Of a stretch of DNA of 64,000 nt, positions 49,451 through 63,310 are shown one piece after another. The notes below the pieces were generated by a model, which was not told where the DNA came from, made no database searches, and worked only from the letters and a program-made list of their open reading frames with translations. The position numbers were made by a program, and so were the translations under genes. The stretch lies in the NCBI GenBank assembly GCA_036172245.1, contig JAYWIR010000005.1, positions 1,860,001 to 1,924,000 of the forward strand, given 5' to 3'. The DNA comes from Raillietiella orientalis. Taxonomy: Eukaryota. Each line of letters opens with the position of its first letter. The first letter of the stretch is position 1.

Positions 49451-50984
49451 TTCAGGTGCGCTGGAAAAAATTGATAGACAAATGGACACGTTGGTGGCTT
49501 AGAAGGAAAAAAGAGGTACCATCTGGGCAACACGGCCGTTAAGATGGAGATTTCCCAGTTCTGAAGGAAGATCAAACATTCCGTCCTTTACGTTTTCTGG
49601 CACCGGTGATAGACTACAGGAAACAACAGCATTAGGAGCGGTAAGAAAGATGCCATTCCTCTCCCCAAGGCCTAATGATGATCTTTCAGAGGATGTTTTA
49701 TCTTTGAATTCGTTTCTCGCGTGACAAGCTGACCTGAGCTTCGTCTTGGCAAGCTGGTTTCACCCCAGGAGGAATGCCAGCTCGGGCTTTTCAACAGGGG
49801 CGGAAGCCTCTCAGCGCAACTGGAAAACCTCGAAAAAGTGCTAATGGATCTTGCTGCTCCCAATGAATGCGAAGGAGAGATTTGTTTCCCGGAGATCTGG
49901 ACTGCCTTGCAGCCATCTCTAAGACAGGAAAGCAAGATGCCAGAAGTAGGAAGCCACGGAATAAGACTGAAATGAAGGAACTACCATTCTGCTTCCAGCT
50001 GGAGTTGGCTCGGAAAAGAAGGACACTCCACTTTCGATACATAACGATAGGGTTCTGGCTTTATTTATTCATAAATAAATGGAAAATACCTACGGCATGC
50101 GCCATGTTTTACACCACATTATTCAAATGGTCCACAGGGGATTGAGCTGGCGAGAGCGGATTGCAATATCAACAGGAAGGAACCCAGATATTCAGGATGT
50201 TTGCCTGAATCATCAGTTTTCCTCTGCGTCTCAAAGCAGATATTATGCATCCTCTCGTCGTCACCATAGAGGGAGAATCGACACCAAAAACCAGAGTTGA
50301 TTTGTGAGATGGGAGTCGGTCGCCCCGAACTGGAACATAGAAATGTAAACTTTTGGAAAGCATTCTCTTCAGACATCTTGCAGGGCTATTCAAGCACTTT
50401 GTAGGCCTTCAAAGTTGCTTTTGAGAAAAGTGGAGATTTCAGGAAATTGGAAGCCTGCCGACACTAAGGACTTTTAATGGCATTCGGCAAGTTAATTTCA
50501 CAACGTACACCCTTCACAGGAAACTTCCTTCAGAATTTTGGAATCTTTCAAAGTTTCTGAGCAGCACCCACGTGTTTCTTGAGAGGGCAAAATGAAAATC
50601 CAGAAAACGCAAGCTCAGATGGCAACACTGGTTTTTCCCACCCAGCATGATGGATCTCTCAAACTTTCAGAAATCACAATGGTTCTCAACTATCTAGAAT
50701 GGCTCCATTTCTTCCAAAAAGAAAAAAGGAATACATACTTCTTTCGAAATGCAAGAATATTCTGGAAAGCGCTTTCTTCCTTTTACACATTTTCGAGCCT
50801 AGTCAGCGTCTGGTGCTTTGCTGTGGTCATTGTGTTTCCGCTAGAGGCGACAATCCCGATTAGCCTTCTATACCTCCCATCGTACTCCCGCCTCATTTCT
50901 GTGTGCCTCAAACTTCGCTGATACTAAAGATATCTTTTTCCTCACAGCCTAGATTCTCCACGATCCTTCCGGTTCACAACATGT

Positions 50985-51175
50985 ATCCTTACCAAGCGTA
51001 GAAACCTTCTTGGATTCATAGGGTGGTCCCTCCGGGACTTGTTGGGTTCGACGCACCCTCGGGTGGAGTGGGCAGTGCTGAAAAGCTTTGTAAGGCCCCC
51101 TCTGAGGGAGTGAATCAAAAAAAGAAGAAGAAAACCCGCAAAAAAAAACAATGCTGGGAGGGAAACAGAAGAACC
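50985..51175 (+). mobile_element. Distal fragment of the SINE/LINE-UTR composite (copy 6)
   Basis: TACCAAGCG, GATTCATAGG.TGGTC, CTCGGGTGG and AAAAAGAAGAAGAAAACCCG match 39192-39395. Confidence 0.7.
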
Positions 51176-51599
51176 AAAGAGGGTTTTCGTTATCCTGGAA
51201 TCTGGATTGCAACAGTCTCATTGGGAACGCCATCCCTACTATTAAAATAGTCAGCCATCTTGAGAGCTTCTTGGAGAGGTGTGGAATCCGCTGGAAATGT
51301 GATTCCACAGTTCAACAGTTCAACGTGATTTCGTGAAAACTCCCTCATCCGTCGACTTTGTCCTTTATATCCCATTAATCCCATAGTGTGGTTCGACCCA
51401 TTCGATTGACCTTTTTTTTTCCTGAATAACGGCCTCTACCCTGAATCTGCTGTCGATAGCCTTTGACTTGTCCTTTCACTCTGAACAGGTCCAAATTCTT
51501 GGATGCGCACACTTTTCTGGTTCCAGTTGCTTTTCCTTGAATATTTTAGCTGGATGGCTCTGCTACCGTCGCTGCCTCCACGCTGCAAAAGACTGAAAT

Positions 51600-52250
51600 A
51601 GCAGCGCACCCATGGGACTATGGTCCGCTGCGCCCTATCCATGATTCCTCCCAGAGATGTCCCCTGAAGTGGATCCTTTGCACTCCATCCCGTCAGGTAA
51701 GTCGGTGGTGAACACCGACTTACCTGACACATTACTCACACTGCCTGCAAGTAATCGATTAGTACCTTGGCTCGGAGTAGAAATTGACCCGATCGCAATG
51801 CGTCCCTCTATTTCTTCCCACTGGTGCTTTCGGGGCACCTCTGGGACGAGTGGGTTCGATTTGGAGAGAACTCAGCAAGCGCAACGCTGGACTGTGCGGC
51901 CTCAGAGGAAAGCCAAGTTTTGACTAGTGAGTCGCTCCTGGTCACCTACGTCCTCAGAGCACCTCCCGGTGCTGGTTCCTGGATCCATAGGAAGCGAGTA
52001 CAAGAGACGCCGGAGCTCCAGCGATCCGAATTGCTTTCGGGGGAAACTTCCAAGGAGCGGGATGTCGCAGCCCAGCGAGTGGTCGGGCTGCTCAGCTGCC
52101 TCGTGCGCGTGGTTTCAGTTCGTCTCGTATGTCAAGGACGGGGAGTTTGAATTGCGGTGCAGGACAAAGTCCACGGATGAGGAGGTCCTCCGAAATCACT
52201 TGAACTGGAGCAGGGTTACCACTACGACCTCGATTTCTGCCTTACGACTT
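51600..52250 (-). mobile_element. Possible LTR-retrotransposon gag remnant
   Basis: EDLLIRGLCP..QFKL, followed by RCAC...THSSQRCP (decayed zinc knuckle) and IMDRAQRTIV (weak protease-like). No LTRs seen. Confidence 0.25.
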
Positions 52251-54514
52251 TCATTCATGGGGTCCTCATTATCACCATACTCTTCAACATTCCCTGCTCC
52301 ATCTTCAAGGTAAGTCCCAAAACTACCATGGCTGCCATTCCATCCTCAATTTTCGTTAACATGAGTTTTAGTTATGGTAAAGAAATAACTTATTGTCTTC
52401 ATCAGCAAGGGAACAAAAACATCAATTCCCTATCCATTCCTTACTCAACCACAGGAGACCCTGACCTATCTTCTCGCTCTTTCCATTATTCTTAGTAGCA
52501 TGTCTACAATCTTCTTCATGTGCGATGAAAACAGTCCTTCTGAACCTTTCAGCTTCACCAAATATCTTCCGTAGAGTTGGGCGTTTCTAAGGTGTTCTTA
52601 CTATCAAGATAAATCTACTTTCGACTTAGAGATGATTACATTCATTCACTCAGCTTCTTTTAAATTTGTTTGTTTGCTCTGTGCATCCTCCATGTCGGGT
52701 TAGGCCTTAACCCTTCACTTCAAGAAATCAACTTTTATGGGACACCGTGATGACGTCTGATCCTTCCTTGAAAAATCCTGCTGTTTCATACAATCCTATT
52801 TCTCAGATTATGCTTTCTGGTAACTTAAGCCCAACACATCTTTCTATGAAAATTTCTCATCCACATCAAAGCCCTAGATCATCGCACTCATTACCCTTTT
52901 CCATCTCCACCCATTTCACAGCATATTCCACGATCAGAATTTCTGGCGCAGATTGCATTTCCAGCTCCAAGATGATGGTCCTTTTGTTTATGTTTACTGC
53001 TTCCACCTTAAAACCCACTAATCATTTCACCCTCTCCTTCCCCCCTCGGAATTCCGAGTTTCGCATTTCTTCCCTGATTGAATTTTCCTCCAAACACCCG
53101 AAGAGTAGAAGTTTCAGCGCGTGCAATCTAAAAAAGAAACACTGTTCCGGGAGTTCGGTAGTTGAGCGCATGAATTCGATTTTAGAAAACACGGAAGACG
53201 ATGCGCACATGCCGGAAATCAATATCCACTCACCCGCTCGGTGGCCAGAGGGCACGTTGCTGACGCGAGCTCATCCTGTCAAAGGAAACTCTGGAGGAGC
53301 GGGAATTCGAGCGAGGATTTCGTATTCCCGCTTATGCGGTTTCCGGTGCCGTACCGTACGCGTGTCTCAGTTCGGGTAGCGATGTGCCTCCGTGCTCTGA
53401 ATGACCCAGCTTGCCTCAGAAATAGACTGGGTGCCTCGGGCATGCATCTGGCGACGGAATCGCTCGGAGCAGCCGCGAGCTTCTTGGCGAACGCCCAAGT
53501 GGACGGCGTGACGGGATTCGGTTCAAACTTTGGCCCTCTCGCTGGGACGAGATGGCTGGTCCTCCGGCACTCTTCGATGTGGGAGTGTGCTGGCCTGGTC
53601 GCGCAGCATGCCATCCACACTGCGGTTTACGGCCTCCAGAACTTGAGAGACCGGGAAACTGGAGGCAGTCCACCGCCGCGCGCGTGCTTCATCGGGTGAA
53701 ATCGCCAAACGCTGGACGGACGGCCTTTCTCCTCAGCTTCCCCGTCGATCTCAAGCACTAGCAAGAGGATCCTCTGAAACCTTTCTGAATCACCGTAGAA
53801 CTCAACAAGATGCCAAGTGTGCGTTCCCTCCATGGGGTGGCGCACAGGAGCGAAGATACTCTGTCGGTGCTAAGGGCCGTCTGCTACTCCTGAACGAAGA
53901 CCCCTGCAAAGATGCGCACGACGCCGCTGCCCCTTTTCCCGCGGGGCGCACGACCGGACGGTGTGGTCTGCTGGCTTCGTACGGTCGCCCTTGGGCGATC
54001 GGCAGCGATGCTCAGGCCTCCCTGGCTTCCAGGACCCCCCTCTGGAAAACGTGCGTGCAACTCGTTCATCACGGCTCCTCAACCGGCGTTTTCTCCTCAA
54101 CGTCAGGGACATTCCGGATATGCGAAAACAGAGGAGGAAGGGGGGGGGTAAGAAGGGAGCATTACGGAAAAGATGATGAAGGTCAACCAAATCCCCAAAA
54201 AAAGGAACCTCAGATTTGGGGCGAGAAAAAGGATAAACCAATTAACTGATACCAGGGAGAATTCGTGCCCGCACCCCTCGGGAAGAATAACGTAAATTGC
54301 AACTTGTGCAGCCCGATATTTACATCCCATACAAAACCCTCTGGAGTAACTTTCCTTGCCCAGACTTCAGGGTTCAAACCCTCGTTCACCGCCTGCTTCG
54401 CACATGCCGGAAAAGTTCGATTTACACCAAAAGTGCTCCAGATTAAAGAAACTGTGTTTGAATTTTAAGTGCGTTCGGGAGGCAGTGGATGTCATAAGGG
54501 AAGAGGGACGACTC

Positions 54515-54610
54515 GAAGAAATCCTCTGATGTTCCTGGAGCTGCCGAATTTTTCGAAAGCCGTGGACCGCGTTTCGACTGCTGCTGATTCCAAAACTCTC
54601 GGGAAAAAAT
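54515..54610 (+). mobile_element. Isolated RT motif remnant
   Basis: MFLELPNFSKAVDRVS resembles non-LTR FLDFSKAFDRV. Confidence 0.3.
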
Positions 54611-56254
54611 CCTTCGCTTCGCAACGAAACGCAAAAGACCTTGCTGCACAAGTTCGCAAGAACTGCTTCATTGGCAGCAGCCTCCTTTCATCTTCCCGTT
54701 CTTCGTGCACTCTCCATAGCGGCAGAAGCAGAAGTGATTTATGCGTTGAAGTTTGTGTTCACAAACACTAATAAGAAAGCATCACACATGCCCTCAACAC
54801 GTGATCACTGCCTCTCCCTGTGACGAAGAAGGCTGGCGCTTTTGAGAGTCACTTGCAGTTTCCGGTTTCAGATGATTGCTCCGTCCATCGGTAATGAGTA
54901 GCATTACGTTAAATGTCAATGTCTGTTGTTGAAGGCTTCTTGAGACACGTGGCACTTGTAGACAAATCTTCCGACTATGAATATGGACAGAAAAACACTG
55001 AGCATGCTGTTAATGGTCTCTCATGTGACCTTCTCACAACGCATACTCCGACCCCAAACAGTCGCTCTCTTCAGACAAGAGGCACACTGCCAGAAATATC
55101 CAGGTTCTCAGATAGGGGGACTGTTGAGGGAGGACTGTTGCATCTCTCAGCAGATGGAACGTGCTAATAGTGAAGGGAAGCTGGGAATGGCCTTTTCGCT
55201 GCAGCCAGAAGCCTTCCCTTCCAAAAAGTGCTGATTGCGCAGTGACGATGAAAAGGAGGGATTCAACGAAATTCAAGGATGTTGCATAACTTGAGAACGG
55301 AGCTCAATGACATTCTGTGCCTCCGGAGCTGCAAAGATGCACTGGAGACCAGAGCTCCTGAAGTCTACTGAAGACTCGCAATGCTTGGACGGTATCTGAC
55401 TGCACAGACGGGTTACAGAATGGATGTGCTTCCGGGTTCAGCACCTGAAAGAAACTGCAATGCAGTTTCTCTCAGGTGCTTTATACTTCAGAAGGATTCC
55501 TTGATCCTCAGGAATTACAAGCTGACGAACAGCAGCCGGCAATGAGAAAATCCTCCGTGATTCCCCATTCATCTGCAAAAGAAAAAGGTGCATTTTTGAC
55601 AGTGACTTTGCTTTGCTTGCTTCCCGATGTTGAAGTTTGATATTTGTGAATTCAAGATGATTGTGTTTCAAATACTCGTGAGCTACTGAGATCATTCGAA
55701 GAACCGTGAAATTATTTATTAAAATTGAAAAAGTTGAATTTATTCTAATAAGTTCAACTTTTGAGCAAAATCTTTTCTTCCCATCGGTGACTTCATCCAG
55801 AAGTACTGTAGGTGGCTAAACCAGATCAAGAGTGAGTTCCAGAATCAGACGACACCTCCCTTTTCCAAAATGAAAGACTTGTTTTTTTTTTTTTTTTTTT
55901 TTAAAAAGTCCACATTCTTTAAATACCAGTGCTTGAAGTTGCGTAAAAAGAAACCATCTACTTCTCGTAGCCATCATGGTTATTGTGACCATTTGGGAAC
56001 GGGAGCTAGTCCTGGAAAGGGAACTGAAGTTCCCTGTAGAGCCGGTTGCCCTCCGATACGAAGTTGGACTTCAATCCAAAATGGATGCGGCTGCAGTGGA
56101 ACCTTAGCGCTCCGCTTGTACCTGACTCATGAGCCGAGATCACAACGCAGAAGTTGGCCACTCCGCATTCTCTGGGGATGGCGGCTGGAGAATCATTGGG
56201 ACTTGGAATCCAATGATTGTAATGCAACCGTGCAGATGCAACCGTCTTTCGTGG

Positions 56255-56410
56255 AAGGAGATAGGATGCAATACCATATTGTTCCTCGGCTGCGAGAAGA
56301 TGAGTGCAGGCTAATATCTAGCATAATATTCCTAAATCTCTAAAAGAAAAAAGTCTAGAGACTTCCGAAGGCTGCCACAGGTAATTATGATTCATTTCGG
56401 CAGGGTCCAT
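56255..56410. repeat. Dispersed repeat, paralog of 42270-42430
   Basis: Same-orientation copy of the block at 42270-42430. Confidence 0.8.
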
Positions 56411-59199
56411 AATAAGGAACTGCAGCATATCTCCCACAAGAATGGGAACTGCAGAGATGCCGCACGGTGTGCCACCTTCTCCATTCTGGCACGATGCGGG
56501 GATTCTGCGCCACATCGTGCCAGGATCACAGCTCGGCAGCTTTGGAGATAAAATCAGTCGCTCTACGAAAGGAATCCGGGGATTTCGGAAAATCAGTGCT
56601 GGGAAAGAAAGACAAAATGTGGCAAACCTTTAATCCCTCCAGAGCGGGAGAAAAATCATCTGAACACTTCGCTCTAACACGGGATTGCGAAATCTCGTAG
56701 CTCTCGAAACCGGGAACCGTCGATTCTGTGTGCTTTCACGTTTGTTTTCACGTTGCATCACCCACGCAAATTTACCCAGGCGAAATTTCGCTTTTCCTTG
56801 AAGATAAGGGAGGTCGTTGGTACCATCGCTTATTGCAGTCTGACAAACGAGTTTGTGAGGAACGAAGGAAACTCGGCAACTGTTTCCAAAAAAGTTGTCT
56901 GCTTCAGAAATGGATGCAGTGGGGCTGTCGCTTCAGTGCACTGAAAGACTGCCTCGTCCATCAGCAAGAAAGCATCGCGTTAAATGTTAATGCATGTTGT
57001 TGGAGACTTGAGAAAGTCTTCGACAGTGCAACATCCTAACCGCACACTTCGACACAACACGTTCTGGGAGCATGTCTGGGGAAAATTCTAATTACTTAAT
57101 GACTGAGTCGGTGCTGTGCTTTTTGCTCGACAAACAGATACCGATTTTTCCAAACGTGTGGAAATCAATCACGGATCAGCTTTGCTTGGACTGGTGAGAA
57201 TGTCTCCTTCTGTGAAATAAGATTAGAGCTAAAGCAAGATAACATCGGGTACTTTCAGCTTCCATTACGCCTAATGTGCTGAATTACGGACAACTATGGT
57301 TGTTGGGGGTGAACTGATGTCCATGAAGCGATCGAGAAAGCAAGAAATAAAGTGTCATCAGAACCATGGAAGACTATATCATATCCACCTAATGATTAGT
57401 GGAGGGGAGGGGGGGAGAGGGCACATTCAACACCGAGAGAAATGTAGGCGATCTCGTGGTATTAAGACCTCGGAATTCGTGGGCATGGAGTGTTGAAATC
57501 CTCATTCGACGCAGTAACAACAGGACTTTTGGAAACGGCAAGAGTGATCTCAGTTACCGGCAAAGTTTCTTGGAGTGCGACGTCCGCAGAAGTACAAATA
57601 CACCGTAGCCATGTGAATTCAGCTTTCCAGCTTAGTCCCGGAGTGAATGCTGGCAATGAAAAAGATTCTCAATATAAGCAGGGAGTAGATTATTTAACTC
57701 TAATCAGATTACAAGAATTTGAGTAATGACATTCATTTCTGCGACACAGTCAATTCGTCCGGACAGATGATTCATTAAGTTCGAAGAATCTTCTACTGAA
57801 CCACTTTATAAATCGATAGTTTTATCATCCTGAAAGGGTTTAATGAAAGATTTGAGAAAACTAAGAGTAGCTTCCGCACATTTTAAGAGACAAATTAGCA
57901 TTCATATCGAGAAGAGGAAGCCGATTTGCTGTTTCTGGCAAATAATTTTTCAGAGCTGGTGGATTTGCCGAAATGCCAACGAATCATTCGATCGCGAGAT
58001 AAAGAAGATGAAGAGAAAGGCTTCTTCGTTGTCCCACAATCTCCCGTGGAAGGAGTTTTGTAAGCAGAAACCCGTGGCGGAGAAATTTCAATTTCAACGG
58101 AAGGAAGCGCTTTGCCGAATTCTGAGAAGCCTGTTTGGGAAATGAGTGCTGATCGCTCTGATCTTGGGAGATTCCTCACGCAAAGAGACGGCGAGGAGAT
58201 ACCTTTTCCGCACCCTTTTCTTCTGTTTTTCGTTATCCCGAAGCAGCCAAAGAGGCTCTCCCACCAGCTTTCTATCCGGCAATCCAGTCATTTTGTAGCT
58301 TGCTGAATGAACCGGGGGAGTTTCATCTCTCTCTGATGGTACCCACAAGGCATCCCCATTCATCCTGAGACGCGATTGCTAACAAAAATTTTCAGAGCCA
58401 TTAGAATCAAATTAGAATCATCTTTCACGGTCCTCCTCATGTTCGCGTACCGGGTTCACAACCGTCAATCACATGTGAGTGAAAGATAGGTGTTGAGGGC
58501 TGCTCACGCCATGCAGCGATCGCAACTGCTGTACAAGATAATCGCGAGGTGCCCTTTAAATGAAATGATCTATGAATTTTGCAGTTGTGAATCCTTCAAG
58601 ATGGATGTCCGAGCTGAAGTTAACTGCCGGCGCCAGCAGCTTCTAAAATTTATAATTTTTCCGCGGGCGGGGGGGAGTCCAGGAATTGGAGGAACAATTT
58701 AATTTTTATTTTTTGCCTGTATTCTCCAAAGGGACCTGCAAAAGAGAGACAAAAAGGGCCACCGAATTCACAAGGAGAGCGCAACCTTTTTCAATTTCAA
58801 AGTTCAAATCCAACTACAAATCCTCGCTCATTTTATTGACGGCTTGGCTGCAAGAGCTTCCTTGAGAAATCTTGCAGCTCAGGGGTGCAATCACTTCTTA
58901 TCCTAATTTCTGTTTCCAGTATTACTTGCGCTTCGGTGGCCATTTAGCAGACTCTACGCCTATTCTGTCACGGGAATTCTGCCACAGCAATGGGGGAGGG
59001 GAAGATGAGATTAAAATGGGATTCTATCGAATCGCAGCATCCCCCAAGCTGATCACCTACACACATGTAAAGCCTCATTTGGTACCTTTAGTTTGTTTGT
59101 TATTATGGTAGACTGGGCCATGCTGGCGATGACGCCAGTGACGTAGAGTGTCGTTATGCTGAAATCTCGTAGTGCCCGAATGGTGCAAAGGGAAGAACA

Positions 59200-59365
59200 A
59201 ACCAAATGGAACAAAGAAATACCAGGGAACCGTGCTACTGCATTGGGAAATGGGATCGCCCTCACAGTACAGAGAGTGCGCTTGGCCCTGCTGCTCGAAA
59301 GTATCTCCCAGTTCCATTTGAAGATGGCGGTATGTGTTTGGCTCGTCAGCGCTGAAGGACGTTAA
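59200..59365 (+). mobile_element. hAT transposase dimerisation-domain remnant
   Basis: VLLHW, LGPAARKYLPVP and CVWLVSA (cf. L.WW, LA..ARKYL.IP, ERLFS) in shifted frames. Confidence 0.45.
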
Positions 59366-59799
59366 CCGAACCGGATTTCGCTCGAGAACCCCAATCCTTT
59401 TATTCCGTTCTTCCGCACCTTCCGAACCAGGCCACGTCAAACGCATTAATCTGGAGGAAATTCCACCGTGGATCTGCTGGAGACCGCAGACCGCACGGTG
59501 AAGGCTTGACAGCTAATTGGCAAAGACCGTGGCAAACAACCGGTTTCCGTGCCTCGTCGAACTAAGACTCTGCTGTGAACATGAGTTTTCAAACACTTCT
59601 ACGACCTTAAGTCGAAGAAGTGGCTCACTTGGAACGAACGTTCTGAATTTCACCCGCGCCAACCAGCGAAGGATAGAACAAACGAAAATCCCATCTTGCT
59701 TTTCTGCAAGGGAGGCAAGATGGGATAAACTGTTGCCCATCAGCGAGAGGTACGGGGAGGTAGGCCCGCTGCATCCGGCATCCTCAATCTTTCCGGAGC

Positions 59800-61290
59800 A
59801 ATCTTTCCGTATCAGTGGTGTTTCCAATCCGAAATCGCGACTTCGCCCTTCCGTAGCCCTGAAACAGATCTTTGCCTCGCTCCTTTCAATAAAAACATAC
59901 TCAGAGCATCTGCTAGTGGCCCCGCAGCTGCTGCCTGCATCGCTGGGTCAACTGTACATACGGGAGGAATAAGGATCTTCAAATCCGGACATCGGCCGGC
60001 CATTTATGGCAAGCATCCAACTGTCCTGAAGCATCAGTGTTCCTTCTCTCATATACGGTGTTGTCGCTAAAGTCTCGGACGCGGCCCGACGTGCAAGTTG
60101 TGGTCAGTCGTGTTCTTTTCCCTAGAACTTTTCTTCAGGCGCAGACATTGTCTCTCCGATGCCTGCGTCCCGTTTCCCAGGCTCATCGCTGCTTCCTTGG
60201 AGAACTTTACCTTCGCTCCCAGACGAGTCTTGCTAGACTCCAGACTGAGGAACCCATTTGGGATCGAACGACACTCGAAAGAAACGACCCAGGACTTAAT
60301 CTCAAACCCTGACAGCGCCTAAATCTACGAAAAATTCCACTTGCAGCCCGAATCCACTTGATCTCTTGGCTGTTATCTTCGTCAACCTCCCTTTCCTTCC
60401 AGCATGATGTGTTAGCTTCCTTCATTATCAACAGTTCCTGGGAAGCTGAAACCATATTCGTGGATTGTATTTTTTTTTTTCATCGGAAACTCAGCCCATT
60501 GCCACTGATTGAGTCATTGGACTCCGTTGGAGGCTGGATCACAGAAAGGAAGTAGCCGCCATCCTCTCATCGAAGACGGAAGGGCGTCTTCTGGAACCCT
60601 TCAAGAAACGGAACTGTTTCAGTTGTAATCTTATCCACCATCCATCCATCGCCTTGCTTTCCTGGGTATTCCTAACTTTTCCTCAGTTCTCAGTGGGCAC
60701 GAGCACCATCAGTTAGAGGAAGCAATCCACAGTATCCTCCTCAAACCACCTGTTCTTCGGGCAAGCTCATACCTGGTCGCTGTTCTGGGTGAAGTCTGGG
60801 AAACGGGAAAATTAGTTGAAGGGGCCTCATGGTGGACGATGATTGCAGCTGCGGAAGTGGATTTTGGTTCCCTTGAAAACGGCGAAGGTCAGAACAGAAA
60901 TGTGGTGTAGGATCCAGTTTTGCTTCGAAGCTGGTCACATCGTGTCGCCCAATTCCTTGACCAGCCAAAGTTCACATCAGCACCGAGCTCGTCCGCCCCA
61001 CAGTCCTTCAACCTTTTCCACCTCATCAGTTTGATTCAAGGAGCCATCGTGCTCCCAACCGACGTATGCTTTTTTGAGGCCCGACCGCTTGTAAACACCC
61101 TTCCTCCCAGAGAGAAGAGAAGGTCGCAAAAGATGAGACGACCGCCTTCGGCGCGAACGAAGCTGCAATTCTGGAATATTCGAACTTGGGATCCGTGTCT
61201 TGAGTTGAGGAGGTGACTCGAAAAATAGGGCGAGTGAGACCACGGGTTCCCAGTCGGGAAGGAACTCAATTCTGATTTCGGAAGGCTCCG
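59800..61290 (-). mobile_element. Tx1/L1 LINE 5' portion: ORF1-like region plus AP endonuclease
   Basis: IRIEFLPDWEPVVSLALFFES...KDCGAD (ORF1-like), then in order QE, AASGIF, DP/NGFL, NVCA, RDFS, LDAC, SRCSEYVF and ISDW, which track QET, SGV, D..GR, NVYAP, GDFN, L.DAW, SRLDY and SDH. Confidence 0.5.
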
Positions 61291-61814
61291 CCAATACCTC
61301 GCCACCTCAAATCTTCCCGGAGAGGCGAGAAGGCGAGCAGGACACGATGCAGCTGAGAAAGGCAGCGCAGCAAGGGAGCGACCCTTTGTCTTTTTAACGA
61401 GAGCGTTGCTCCTCTACTAGGAGGGATTTGGGACTCGTAATGGGAACTCCCAGACTGGCGATGCAGATCACAGGCAGGGGAGCGTTGAGGATCGTGGCAT
61501 TTTTACGGGTATTCCTGTGGGAGTGAATCTGCAAGGAGTGCCTTCCGTGTGTAGGAGGTGGAACGATGGGGAGGGGGAAGCACTGTGCTCTCTGGAGAGC
61601 CGGGTGCCTGCCCCGCTCGCGCGCGCAGGGAGGTGACCGTGTTTCCGGTTAGCGCCCCGCTTTGAAATCGGCGAGGACGCACGCGCAGTCCTTCCACGTT
61701 CGCGGGCGGTGGCAAAACGATGACGACACGGTGACGTGCCTCGGTCGTCGCGGTGACGTAACGTGAGACGCGCTGAGCAGATACGCGAGCGCTCCACCTC
61801 ACTTCCCATCTCCC

Positions 61815-61960
61815 CGTGTCCGACGAAACGGACGTATCCCTGCACCGGTTTATTGCCCAGAGCGAATTGCTGCATCGACGGAAAGGCGATTCGCCTGGTA
61901 TCCCAGAGTTCCAGAGCCGGGGCGACCCGTAACGTGTGCAGCAGAAGAATGATTTCATTG
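61815..61960 (+). pseudogene. THAP-domain remnant
   Basis: DVSLHRF, KAIR and RNVCSRR (cf. SLHRFP, W..AIR, VCS.HF) in order across a frameshift. Confidence 0.35.
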
Positions 61961-62339
61961 CTGCACGTGATGGCGAGATTGCATCGACGTTGCGTTGCAG
62001 GAAGGCTGTTTATGGGCACCGTAAATCAGCGATCTATCGGATCCACTCTTTGTCGGGAGTGTGAAAAATGGACTGGACGTTATTCAGCGGGATGAACGAT
62101 GGTTGTAACTGAGATGAGCTTGCACACGATGGTAGCAAGTGATTTGTACCGAGAGATCAGCTGCTCGGGAAGTTTCGGTGCGTACGGCGGTCTGTCCGGA
62201 ACTTGCGGGCAGTCACATCCCTCGAAGGAGAGCCGCGAGGAATCCCACTTTGGGGAACGACGGGGAAGACCTGCGACATGCCGGTCATCAGCACGGAGCA
62301 ATCGTCAGTCATGAAGTGGGAACAGGCAGGGAAGAAGCG

Positions 62340-63310
62340 GGAAAGCAGCGAAAGCGTCCTGAAACAACTGTCGAAGCCACCCGAGGATACGTGTGCGGCT
62401 CTTTGACTTACAAGGGCCACCCGGGAGGAAATCCAGGAAGGCTAGGGGGGAAAACGTTCTTTCCTCTTACTCTTGGGAGGGAATTCCGGAGGGAACCAAT
62501 TCCTCATTCTCTCCGGAGAGACCCCAGAAGGAGGTCGCTCCATTCTTTCTCCTCCAAAGGGAACCCGCAAGGGAACCGCCGCTTGTGAAGTCCTCGCAAG
62601 AGGACCCCGAAGGGACGATTCCCAATTTTTCTGAAGAGCACTTCTGGAAGAAAGGAGAGCGCTTCTTGCACTATAGAGAGGCAACCCCCGAGGGAGGAGG
62701 GTTTCAACGAGCTCCATGGTACCGGGCTCCCTTTTCACCCGAGAGGCCCCTTTATTCCTGAAAGAACCCCTGATGGCCGACTTTCAGTCCTGGCCAGTTA
62801 TCACTGAGGTCTCTGGAACACTTCTGGAACTCCCAGAATTGACCATGGCATCCTCAGAGAAAAAGAGGTGGCGGGAAGACTCCACAGCAAACGGAGGAGA
62901 CAGCCAGAGGACATCATCTTTATACGGATGTCAGCCTGGCCTCGCTAACACCCTCTCACTCCAATTCCCTCCTCCTCTTTATGCTGCAAACCACATGCCG
63001 TACGTAGGAGGACCACGTCGAGGACCACACCTTCTTGGGTATGCTGAAGGAATCACGTCGTAGTCATTCCTCCTCCTTCTTCTTCTTCTTCCTCTCCTTC
63101 ACCCGTAGCTGCCAAGTCAACCACCCTGTTTCCGGCTTCCGCGTCGGAAACCTGCATTCCAACCAGAGCTATACTGCGAGGAGAAATGGAAACCCACGGC
63201 GCACCCGTTTCTGCCGAGAATCTTTCCATCCTTCCCCAGATGGGGATTCGAACTCGCGACGCTCAGTGCCGCGTGCGGAGACGGCAGTTACGCGGCCGTC
63301 AGTGCGGGAT
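62340..63310 (-). mobile_element. tRNA-headed SINE-like element (copy 7) interrupted by an insert of about 265 bp
   Basis: B-box AGTTCGAATCCC on minus at 63243-63254. Head 63115-63310, body 62340-62850 (AGCGCTTCTTGCACT at about 62657), unrelated sequence at about 62852-63115. Confidence 0.75.

Noticed and set aside
52747..53379. 210-aa plus-strand ORF
   Set aside because: Ser/Phe-rich composition typical of the antisense shadow of a decayed minus-strand frame that I could not assign.
60200..60260. BEL/Pao RNase H motif SSKTRLG
   Set aside because: Flanking motifs fit an L1-type AP endonuclease in correct order much better.
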